Of a stretch of 64,000 nt of DNA, positions 1-10,289 are shown piece by piece. The position numbers and the translations under genes were made by a program. Location of the stretch: positions 12,550,850-12,614,849 of the forward strand of contig NC_134029.1 in the NCBI RefSeq assembly GCF_964204645.1, given 5' to 3'. The stretch comes from Tubulanus polymorphus. Lineage: Eukaryota; Animalia; Nemertea. Each line of letters begins with the position of its first letter. Positions within the stretch are counted from its first letter, which is position 1. Below the pieces are notes generated by a model. It ran no database searches, was not told where the DNA came from, and saw only the letters and a list, made by a program, of their open reading frames with translations.

Positions 1-808
1 TAAATTAAGATCAGGAGCTAATGACGCAATAGTAACTCGTGCCACAGATAATTTGATTAAAAATATTTATGGAAGCAAATATAAAATTCCATTAGACTTT
101 GAATTGATAAATAATAATGCACCTTTATATAAATATGTAATTCAAGAAGATATTATATTTGAGATAACATTTGCTCCTGTAAATGAAATTGTATTATCCA
201 GCGTTGTTAAAGATATGGGATATAAATTATCGAATATATGCTTAGAATATGATACAGTAACTAATGAAAATATTGCTAACACAATTCAAACTCAATACAA
301 TCAAGGATTTTCATTATTATATGATTATATTGATAAATTTAAAACTGTAACTATTAATGCAAATGATGAAATAATTAATGAGAATATTAACTTCCCAAGA
401 AGATCTATTAAAGGTATATTAATATTTTTTACCATTGCAACATATACAAATGGCGCAATAAATGTTGATAATTATTATAATCCTGAAATAACAAAGGTAG
501 AAATAACTATCGAAGGAACAGCAAATAAAATATTTTGTCAAGGAATGAGAATAATAGATCAGTCAAATTGTAATATTAATCAAATTGATTATTATACCGG
601 TAATAGATATGCATTATGGTTAGATTTTAGAACAACAGAGGATAATTCATTACATGGTTCTGGAAAAAAACTACAAAACACTAAAGATGGAATACAATTA
701 TTCATGACAAGGAATAAAGGAATCAAAAATTTTAAAATGCACATTTATATTATATCTGACGCACAATTAAATATTGTAAATTCACAATTAGATAGTATTC
801 AATATTAG
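1..808 (+). CDS. Putative major capsid protein (double jelly-roll), C-terminal part, with an internal deletion relative to the 19965-21211 copy
   Basis: Near-identical to 20360-21211. Motifs IPLDFEL, YNPEITKVEITIEG and YALWLDFRT..D..LHGSG resemble the MCP-like gene of invertebrate Polintons. The fold is inferred. Confidence 0.65.
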   Translation, partial: KLRSGANDAIVTRATDNLIKNIYGSKYKIPLDFELINNNAPLYKYVIQEDIIFEITFAPVNEIVLSSVVKDMGYKLSNICLEYDTVTNENIANTIQTQYNQGFSLLYDYIDKFKTVTINANDEIINENINFPRRSIKGILIFFTIATYTNGAINVDNYYNPEITKVEITIEGTANKIFCQGMRIIDQSNCNINQIDYYTGNRYALWLDFRTTEDNSLHGSGKKLQNTKDGIQLFMTRNKGIKNFKMHIYIISDAQLNIVNSQLDSIQY

Positions 809-838
809 AAATATAAAGTTGAAATTAAGGATATATAA

Positions 839-1844
839 ATGGGTGGTTAAAAAACTCCTAATACTAAAGAACAATATTTAAGAAATTTATATTACAACCC
901 TGAGAGTTCGGTTGCTTATTCCACTACCAAAAATATATGGCGTCAAGTAAAACAAGATAAATTAGATAAGATAATCTCACAAAATTTAGTTAAATATAAA
1001 GATATAAATGAATTTATGTTAGAACAACCAACATACACAACACATAAAAAAATTGTTAGAAAATATAAAACTCGTAAAAGTATGGTAAGTTATGTAGATC
1101 AACAGCTGTACAAACATCAAATGTTTTAAGAAAATTTCTTTCGGATGATAAACTAAAACCAGAAAAAATACAATTTGATGATGGAAAAGAGTTTGATAAT
1201 TCACTTGTTCATGAACTCTTAGATAATCATAATATTAAATATTTTTCAACAAAATCGGATAAAAAAGCAGCAGTTGTTGAACGATTTAATAGAACTTTAA
1301 GAACAAGAATGTGGAAATATTTTACAGCAAATAATACTTTTAAATGGATTGATGTTTTACCATAATTGATAGAAGGATATAATAATTCTTATCATTCTCC
1401 TATTGGAATGAAACCTATTGATGCTAGAAAACCTGAAAATGCTGAAATTGTTTGGAATAATTTATATGGAGCATTTCTTGTAGATGATTTTGGTGAACCT
1501 AAATTTAAAGTTGGTCAAAATGTTAGAATTTCTAAGTATAAAAAGATATTTGATAAAGGATACGATCGAAATTTTACTAGGGAAATATATAAAATAAAAA
1601 AGGTAATAACAACAAAACCATATGTCTATAAATTAGAAGATTTAGATGGTGAAGAAGTTGATGGCTATTTTTACGAAGAAGAATTAAGTTTAACTACTGA
1701 AAATCTAGAACAAGAATATAAAATTGAAAAAGTATTAAAAACAAAAACTATTAAAAGAAAAAAAAATATTCTTTAGTAAAATGGGTTGGATGGCCAGATA
1801 AATTTAATGAATGGATATTGTCAAGTAAAATTAAAAATATATAA
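839..1844 (+). pseudogene. Retroviral-like (rve) integrase with C-terminal chromodomain, frameshifted and deleted
   Basis: Homologous to the intact 23402-24493 gene (QFDDGKEF, VVERFNRTL, YKIEKVLK). Contains stops and frameshifts. Confidence 0.9.
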
Positions 1845-2453
1845 ATGAATAAGGAATTATTTATATTTGAACCTCATAATATGTTAATTTCTGGCGTAAC
1901 AAATTGTGGAAAAACTTATTTTATATTAAATTTATTAGAAACTGTTTATGAAAACTATTTTGATAATATAGTATTATTTTGTCCAACATATGAATTTAAT
2001 CAAACTTATGACAGAAATATTACTAGAAATAATAAATTTATTATATTAGATCCTAAAACAGTAAAAGAAAATTTAGATAATTGTATAAAAATAGCAATTG
2101 ATATTCATAAAGGATCAAATACATTATTTATCATAGATGATTGCGCAAATTTACATGATTCAAAAGTTAGAGAAAGTGAGTAATGCTATTTAGAGTTTTC
2201 TGGCAGACATTTTGGGATAACAACTTGGGTTTTAAATCAAAAATATAATTCAATTGTTTAAGACTTTAGAGAAAACATTATATTTCTAGTTTTATTCTAC
2301 AATAAAGATAGAAAATCGATGAAAAATGCGCTTGAAGAAAATGATATTATTCCACATGATTTACATAATGAATATATGGATAAGTTGAAAAATATTAAAA
2401 GATCAAAATTACTATTTATATTACAACATCCATTTAAATATCAATTTATTTAA
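1845..2453 (+). pseudogene. A32/FtsK-like genome packaging ATPase with a premature stop at 2181-2183
   Basis: Walker A GVTNCGKT and Walker B FIIDD. The reading continues after the stop with SGRHFGITTWVLNQKY; the TAA replaces TTA of the 22797-23409 copy. Confidence 0.9.
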
Positions 2454-2454
2454 A

Positions 2455-2730
2455 TTCAACTAGCTTGTTAATCTATTACATATTTAGTTACATTCTAGTT
2501 GAATTCTAGTTATTAGTAGTTGGAACAAAAATCAACTAGATTTAACAACATTTTAACTAGCTTGTTAATCTAGTATATTTTAGTTACATTCTAGTTGAAT
2601 TCTAGTTATTAGTAGTTGGAACAAAAATCAACTAGATTTAACAAGAAATAAATAAAAACAACAATATTTCAACTAGCTTGTTAATCTAGTTGAATTCTAG
2701 TTGCATTCTAGTTGAATTCTAGTTGCAACA
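2455..2730. repeat. CTAG-rich ~98-bp tandem repeat (two copies plus partials) with self-complementary unit ends
   Basis: CTTGTTAATCTA...CTAGATTTAACAA units and reiterated TTCTAGTTG. Confidence 0.8.
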
Positions 2731-2756
2731 ACACAACTAATTTGTTTGTTATATAA

Positions 2757-3362
2757 ATGGGAGGTGAAAAGAAAATAAAATCTAAAAATGGTGATGTTCC
2801 AATTGAAAAAACTTTAGATGATTTAGGAATAACAGAAGCAAAATTAACTCCAGATGATGGTGCTTTAAATAATGTTACAACAAATAATAATTATGAATAT
2901 TATCTTTATTGTAAACATCAATTAGAAATATTAATAGCATCTGGAAAATTTAAAAATTTTGTCGGTAAAAATTTAACTTATAATGAATTAGATACAATGA
3001 AATCAGATGAAATTATTAGATTATTTAAGATTTATGAAGCCGCGAGAACAGCTAGAATTAATGACGCGATATCAGAAAATGTAGTAAAAGGTTATAGTAA
3101 ATTATGTAATTATATACTACCAATTGAAGATGAAAATAGATTATATTCCGATTTAAAAAATGATTATTTAGTTATGACTGAATTAAATAAATGGATTGGA
3201 TATTTATCATTTCAATTAGGTGGATTAATGACATTATTATCAACTGGAGTTATAACATTTTCAAATATTGAAAGTAAAAATATTTCTATAATAAATGAAC
3301 AAGGTGGAAGAAGTGAAGGAATTAAATGTGAAGAAAAAACCGAGATCACAGAAACAAATTGA
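2757..3362 (+). CDS. Conserved element protein (~200 aa), unknown function
   Basis: Intact ORF homologous to 24861-25463 and 36689-38572 (LYSDLKNDYLVMTEL). TAAATG start. Confidence 0.8.
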   Translation: MGGEKKIKSKNGDVPIEKTLDDLGITEAKLTPDDGALNNVTTNNNYEYYLYCKHQLEILIASGKFKNFVGKNLTYNELDTMKSDEIIRLFKIYEAARTARINDAISENVVKGYSKLCNYILPIEDENRLYSDLKNDYLVMTELNKWIGYLSFQLGGLMTLLSTGVITFSNIESKNISIINEQGGRSEGIKCEEKTEITETN

Positions 3363-3663
3363 ATGGTCTCGGCAATTAGGAATTAAATCACAAGAATATA
3401 AAAAAGCTGTAAAAGAAAAAATAAGTAATAAAAATGTTAATAAAAATAGTGAAAATATTGTTATTTCTACTCCTTCTAATGATAGAATATTTGATAAATG
3501 TCTATATTTTACAGTTGGATTTGTAATTGTATTCATTTTGATTGGGTGTAATTGGTATAAGAAATCAAATAAAATTCACGATATTAATAATTCTGAAACA
3601 ACTGCTATCAAAAATGAAAATACTTCTGAAATTCCAAAATTGATAATGAATAAAATGAATTAA
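3295..3663 (+). CDS. Small basic protein with one predicted TM helix
   Basis: RSQKQIEW motif shared with 24500-24868; hydrophobic LYFTVGFVIVFILIG segment; TAAATG start. Confidence 0.75.
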   Translation: MNKVEEVKELNVKKKPRSQKQIEWSRQLGIKSQEYKKAVKEKISNKNVNKNSENIVISTPSNDRIFDKCLYFTVGFVIVFILIGCNWYKKSNKIHDINNSETTAIKNENTSEIPKLIMNKMN

Positions 3664-4668
3664 TATTTTAGAAAAAAAACAAAAAAAATAATTGAATATC
3701 TCACTACTTTTGTCTATCTATGCGGAGCAATTAAATTGTCCAGATAAGTCATTTCGGATTCTAGATATTCATTATTTGTATTAATTTATCTTGTTTTTTT
3801 AATTTGAAGTTTTTACTTGAATATTGTATTACAGTCGTTTCTTATTATTAGTTTTTTCTTAAATTGAAAGATGGCAGCACTGGGTGTGATGCTAAAATGA
3901 ATATTTGAATTTGAATTTGTTAATCAATTAACATGGTAATTGATTACTAATTTGATTTAAAATTATATCATAATTAAGTTAAAAATCCATAATTCATTTA
4001 TCAGTTTTCATTCCTATATTCTTTTCATTCGGAATAATTTATAATTTCAAATTTCACATATTTCTTTAGTAAACACCAACAACATTTACTTAGGTGTTTT
4101 AGCTAAGTATATAAGGCAATTCATTCCAACGCTGGAGTAGCCAGCAGAGGCATTTTGAAAATGCACCTTCGTCCACTCTCCGGGTTTCTCATTCGGTTTC
4201 GAATTTCGAGATTGGTAGAAATTACATTAGGCGCCTTTAATATAATGTGATTTCTGCCAATCATTGAAGGAGATCCCGGTTGACGTGGGTCGCGGGGGTG
4301 TAAGTAGAAATGACGGGGGATAAGCGTCCCGTGGCGCCTTTCAATAATGGGATGCTTATCCCCTGAAAACTCTGTAGGTCGAGGATAGGGCAATTTTGCT
4401 AAAACTTACCTTAAAAACACTGAAATATTCCTTTTAATCACGAGAGAGAATGTATCCTGTGTGTGTTGTATGTACTGCGTGCTTATTATATAACTGCTAG
4501 CTATCCAATATAACAACAACGTTGAATTGCAACACCTGTTTGATCGATCAATATTCAAATGAAGCACTCTCTTATAATAACATGTAACAGATGTTTGACT
4601 GGTATGATTGTAGTTGTTCGTAAAACGACTAAGGTCATTTTTAGATATTCATTATTTTTATTTTTTAT

Positions 4669-4994
4669 TTAATCAACAATTTCTAAATCATGATGACCGT
4701 CTTCATTTTTCCCATGATAGATTATTTTAAATCCTTCTAAATCTTTTAATTCCTCTGTACTCAATGAAACCCATTTATCAGGTAAAAACACTTTAAATTC
4801 TCGCGATGTACTAACATTACAGTAGCTTAAATGCGCTGATACTTTCTCTCCACATTTAGTTTTTATCTTTCCTAATTTCAATATTTTATGTTCAATTTCT
4901 TTTGTAACATCAATTAACATTCTTATTTCAAATTGTTTTTTGCTGGTTTTATTCTGTTATTTATTGTTGCTAAGAATGCTTTTCTATCTCCCAT
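4669..4994 (-). pseudogene. Small OB-fold/SSB-like protein, homolog of 13400-13753, frameshifted near the 5' end
   Basis: Shares FKVFLPD and Y.GKNE.GHH with 13400-13753. The TAAATG start at 4994 is out of frame with the 4669-4920 ORF. Confidence 0.6.
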
Positions 4995-5734
4995 TTATTA
5001 GGAAAAAAAATACTTGTGGTGATGAGTGGTGTCTCGTCCTCTCGTCCTCTGGTATGAAACCCACATCTTCCTATTACTAATATGTAAAAAAATGCAGGGA
5101 AACCTATCTCAATTTGTTTTTAGCGATGCAGCGGAACTAATAAGGAACATTTTGATATATAATATGACTATAGTACACTATCCCTGATGGAATAATAAGC
5201 TCCACTCGACAAACTCGTTCCCGTGCATTTTTATCTCTGTTTCACACACACAGCCCCTCTACCATCAATGCCTAACCCCTGTTCGACCAACTGTGGGCGT
5301 TTTCCTTTGAAACATAAGCCTAATTGTAAAAGATAAGCATTAATCTATGTTAATGCTGCATCTTTATCATGAAACCTAAGAAAGATTATTCTATTATTTA
5401 GGCCTATTCAAATTTTCTGTCCACTACCACGTGGAAATAAGACCCAGTCAAAATTGTGCATCACGCTTTGACGAAGAAATTGGTTCTAGGCTATAAATTT
5501 TACGACTCAAACGAATCTTTTCCTCAACAAAGCCGCTTTTAGTTTGATGCAAAATGAAATTTGCTTTTAAAATGTGTAACTAGGCCTAATCAAAAGGATA
5601 TTTCAAAAGCAAAATTTGCCGGGCCAAGAGCCATATTGAATTCAATTTTTCCGAACCATTATGCCTCTTTCATCATAACATTATTTATCCTATTTCAAGA
5701 TCTTAGGCCTACAAGTAGAGAAAGGGCCTACGTT

Positions 5735-6372
5735 GGGTTCAAATCGGAATTTTAAGATTTATTTCATTTAATTCCAGGTTTTCACTGTAGATTATCAAAG
5801 ACATGTGGCGTTGTGGGAGTTCATAGTTGTTTGATAATCCATCATTTGTAAGTGTAAGGCTATTTGAGGGATTCGAAACCGACATTTTGTAAATTTTGTA
5901 GCTTTATTACGTTTAATTCCAGATGTTTATCATGACACGTTTCATTTTGGGGGTTTGTCAGCGAGTTGGTATGCTGTCGGCAGAAGTAGTTTGATAATTT
6001 GTTTCATGTAAGTAAACAGCTATTTGAAGGATTCGAAACCGAAATCTGTATTGTGAATTTTTTAGTTGTATTTTGTTTGATTCTAGGTGAATAGGATATG
6101 ATTCATTTTGGGAGTTTGTCTGCGAGTTTGTATACTGTCAAATGAAGTTTCTTCGTCAATTTGTCGTATGTAAGTATCAATCTATAGGTTATATAGGCCC
6201 TATTAGGGGTTCGATACAGAGATTTGGTGAATTCCTCAGATTTATTTTAATTTATTCCAGGTTGTTATCAGAAAAATATGTACTTTATTACATAGGTTGG
6301 TCTTTGATTGAAAACTAAAAATGGATGATAGTTCTAAATTTGATGTTGATTCACATGACCAATCTAGTAAGT
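5735..6372 (+). repeat. Four degenerate ~160-bp units, each with acceptor-exon-GTAAGT donor architecture
   Basis: (C/T)AG acceptors end at 5777, 5922, 6086 and 6260; GTAAGT starts at 5848, 6008, 6170 and 6367. Shared GG(A/G)TTCGA(A/T)AC and TTCATTTTGGG segments. Confidence 0.5.
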
Positions 6373-9164
6373 ATGGCTCACTTGTCTTTTAGAATAAGAA
6401 ACCTATTGCATTAATCCTTCAATTCAAGTTGCTATGCAACCTTTTATACAGATATTTACCTTATCAATATAAACATGTATTTGCCATTAGCCATACAATT
6501 CAGTAAAACTTTTCCCGTCCAGATTTTGAAACATCATTTGACTCAATTTTTCCTCCTAGAAAATTACTTTAGCTCATTCCAATGTTCGCAGTAAAAGTGA
6601 ATGTAGCATGTATGATTCCCATCCATCAATTTTGTCTTGTTTCGTATTTTGAGCGAAAATCTCGAAAAAGTCTGACGTCGAGGCAGGTGGTGGCCAGACA
6701 AAGACATATTCTTGGGAAATATTTAAAGACGCATGGCAAACACACTTATTGTTCAATTTTTTCCTATCCTTATTTTGAAATTGAAGTATTGTAATAAACT
6801 ATTGATTTGTTTTTGTTGATCAACGCAACTAGTTTTGTTGTTTTCTTTCTTAATTTACATTTGAATTGGATGGTCATCTTGCGTAGGAGTCAGTTTGTCA
6901 TCGAAGCAATACAGTCTAACTTGTTGACGTCACAGATGCAGCGGGGCAGGGCGGTCATTATATTGTGGACTTATCCAAATTACACTTACACAGCCCAACG
7001 TGTTTCAGTGTGTAAACTCCGTCGTACTCGGCATTATAAGACAGTGAGGAATTGAGTTTTAGTCACCTGAGCCCTCGGCTTGATTCGACCAAAAAGACCT
7101 TAACTGACCTCACAGAATTTGATTATGAGTCAAGGATTTTCTAAATTTCTGAATGCTTTCTCTGGTTTTAAGATCAATTCAAATTCAAGCTTCAAAATAT
7201 TTTATTGAAAGAAATTCTACTGAAGACAGATTTTGAAATGAAGGATATATCCAGGCAAATAATTATAGCAAAATCAACTGATGATCATCAAGGTGAAGTT
7301 TTCATTCATCTTCGGCTAATTTGTCTACCCCTGATGATTGAAGCATTTTGGTTACTTGCGCCAATTAGTCAGCCACAGTCGATTTTCATGCCATCTGACC
7401 CCTTTCCATCTGTAATTAAGCAATCAAATGTTTCACCAAGAACCTTACTGTCTGATGTACCACAGACACTAAGACACGAACGACATTTTCTCGATACTCT
7501 TAAATCACTGTGACTTTAAACCACCAGAAATCCAGTTTCACCAAACCGATTGCGAAAAATAAACTCTCTTTACAAACCTCATACATTCAGTTTTCTTATT
7601 ATTATATTCATTCGGAGGTTCCTTCATCATAGTCCGTGCTTGATGCGATATAAATACAGAAATAGCAAAAATGACACCATTTTTTCACTTTGAAACTAGG
7701 CATTGTAACACTGTAGTTCGTTAGCAATAAGACAACTTGAGCGATGCGTGTTTGATCGCTAAACAGCGCATCATTTTTGTATCTTACATTTAATCGTATT
7801 AAAATCGGCTTTATCCTCAAACAAATATAATGAACAAACACAAAACGTCATAAGGTTAGTGTAGATAGTTTATTTATCAAAATCGGTTTTTTATTTGCTG
7901 AGATATCGCAGTTTGAACACAGGTAAAAATGCCGACAGTAGTTCTGTCGGCATAAGTCACGCGAATTTGAATGAACGTGTCTGGGTGGGTGGTTACACAG
8001 GATCGTAGAGCAACGTAGATACACTGTGGAGACAGCCACACTGCCAGGACTGGGTGAATCAAATGTAAGAATTACTTAGGTAAGGAGCGAAATAATATAT
8101 AGATATCTTAGGAGACTATTTGAAATCATGAATTTGTTGTGAAAATCTATTACTACAGTCTCGTAGAGCATAGACACCAAGCCACGTGGCATTGGTATTT
8201 TAAGGGCTATTCAGTTTACTCCAAAACAAGTCAATGATTAACATTAAAAAAGCTTCATATCAAGGGTATGTCGCAGGACTCGTGACGCCCATGAATTATC
8301 ATCCCATAATTACAATGAATCCAATTCTGCATGTACGTTAGCACGACTGATTACTAATCCAAATATTGCATTACAAAAAAAAAATACGCAAAACGTCAAG
8401 TACTTACAGCATCTGAGACAGTTGCGCTTAAGTTAGCGTGTTAAGTTACGTCTTTGGCTGTCAATGTCGAAAAAGCCTAATTTGAAACATACATTTGCGC
8501 ACTGTGGTTTAATATTCCTGCAAGAATCCGCAAAGGAATTGAAGACCGTAGTGCCCAGTTCATTCCACGAATAATAGCTGGAAAGAAAGTAATCAAAATA
8601 AATTGTCATGCACATTCAGTGTAAACCAGGCCATAACTAGCTGCTATTAAGGCATTCCACTGACTGGCTCTACCCATTATATTTAGGGCCTAAATCTATT
8701 CTAGGCGCATCCCCCCAAAAAGCTAGGCATTAAGAAGTAGCCAACAATGATCATTGCTTCACCTAGTAGGCCTACTCATTTGCTTCCATACTCATATTAT
8801 TAAAGAAATCATTTAATACATTCCCTGGTTAACGGATTCTCACCTTAAAATATATAAACTCCGCTGTCGTTGACATCGATACGAGTCGTCAACTGAACGC
8901 GGAAGTAAAATTCCGTGTGAAAATTCCTACAATTTCTGTCCATATCACGTTGATTTGACCCCGAAATCTTCAGGAAATGTAGCCAACGTAAATTGATTTA
9001 CGAATAGAATTAATCAATTGACTCATTTTAGAAATCATGGTTTCGTGAAATTCATTAAAGTCCTAAAACTCGCGATAAATTTAAGCCGAAAATGATTTCA
9101 ACCATCCACCATGTTGTTTCATTAATAAAACAATTGTTGCGCGCCGGCGCTGTACTGTGATAAT

Positions 9165-9231
9165 GCACTAAGGTTCGAACCCTCGACCTCTCAGTTGGGA
9201 GTCAAACACCTTATCCACCATGCCACAGGAC
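9165..9231 (-). mobile_element. tRNA-derived SINE head or tRNA pseudogene
   Basis: Minus strand reads TGGCATGGTGG (A box), GACTCCCAA (anticodon-loop-like) and GGTTCGAACC (B box). No clean acceptor stem. Confidence 0.6.
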
Positions 9232-9499
9232 AGGTCGCTGTTTTTATCGTTAGTGGGAGTACCGGACAGGGTGAGTCGAGATTGCTACTATCATCCGGTG
9301 TTATCTTTCAGTAAGTAATTTTAAGTTTAAAATAGGACGGAGAGTGCATAGGTATAATCTACGCGGAGCGAATGCGTGTTATATTACTATCAGAATTCTA
9401 CATTTCAATTAGAAGCAGTTAGTTGTCGAATCTGATAGAAGATGAATTTCATGTGCGAAAAAAAGTGGAAAATATGTAAATAATAATAATAACAATCAA

Positions 9500-9660
9500 C
9501 AGAATTACAAAAGGGTTTTCGACGAAAGTCAGAAAACCCTAATAAGAAACACGCGAATCTCAATAGGGTTTTCTGTGATGTAACAGAAAACCCTAATAAT
9601 AAGAAACACGCGAATCTCAATAGGGTTTTTCTGTGATGTAACAGAAAACCCTAAATATAG
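9500..9660. repeat. Palindromic AGGGTTTTCTGT-N-ACAGAAAACCCT repeats, orphan fragment of the Maverick internal repeat region
   Basis: Three imperfect palindromes; reverse-complement homology to 26890-27000. Confidence 0.7.
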
Positions 9661-9864
9661 CTGTGTGATAGGGTGGCTCCGCTGGATGTTAACACTGTAT
9701 TGTGGCGCCCTCTTCTTTTGTAATTTTTGTGAAAACGCTTCTGTTTTGGAAAGAAACCGGAATGGAAAGGTAGCTTTTCGTAAAATAAAGCGATATCATC
9801 ATATACTTTATTCGGTTTTCATTGTTTAATTTGGGTGCTGTTACTCGTCAATTGAGGACACCCA

Positions 9865-10285
9865 AGTAATAGGGGTAATGGGCTTTCAGGCCAAAGGTCG
9901 AAGGGTCGAGCTCATTAAAAAACAAAACATTAAAAGTAATTTAAAACTATAATATATTTTCATAACCGTGTGTATTTTATATTATAACTAAATATTTATT
10001 CTAAGATATCAATAATTTAAATTTTAAATGCATATTGTATTAAATCAATTGGTCGCTCCGCTCCGCGAATGCTCCGCGACCGCTCCGCTCCGCGACCAAT
10101 TGATTTATTTACAGTACCCAAATTCATATAATCAAATATATTTTAATAATAATAATTATTCTATTATTCAACTGAAATACACACGGTTATGAAAATATAT
10201 TATAGTTTTAAATAACTTTTAATATTTGTTTTTAATGAACTCGACCATTCGACCTTTAACCTGAAAGCCCATTACCCCTATTACT
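9865..10285. repeat. Terminal fold-back hairpin (~110-bp arms plus inner 16-bp IR around a GCTCC-repeat core)
   Basis: AGTAATAGGGGTAATGGGCTTTCAGG... is mirrored by ...CCTGAAAGCCCATTACCCCTATTACT. Inner IR TAAATCAATTGGTCGC (10041-10056) pairs with GCGACCAATTGATTTA (10092-10107). Confidence 0.9.
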
Positions 10286-10289
10286 CTTA

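Larger units (their letters stand above)
1..5078. mobile_element. Maverick/Polinton-like element copy M1 (right part; left part outside window)
   Basis: MCP-integrase-ATPase cluster in very AT-rich DNA. It ends in GGTATGAAACCCACATCTTCCTATTACT (5051-5078), homologous to the termini at 36142, 40797 and 45528. Confidence 0.8.

Noticed and set aside
2181-2183. Stop-codon readthrough or an alternative genetic code in the element genes
   Set aside because: In-frame stops differ between paralogs (TTA>TAA, TGG>TGA) and co-occur with frameshifts, consistent with decay or error.
4121-4393. GC-richer 90-aa ORF inside M1
   Set aside because: No recognisable motif in the frames I read. It may be an insertion, but I could not define ends.
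5100-9160. Several 60-100-aa ORFs in host-like DNA
   Set aside because: No motifs, many non-ATG starts, no homologs within the window.
9165-9231. Functional tRNA gene
   Set aside because: A and B boxes are present but the acceptor stem and cloverleaf are not intact; better explained as a SINE head.
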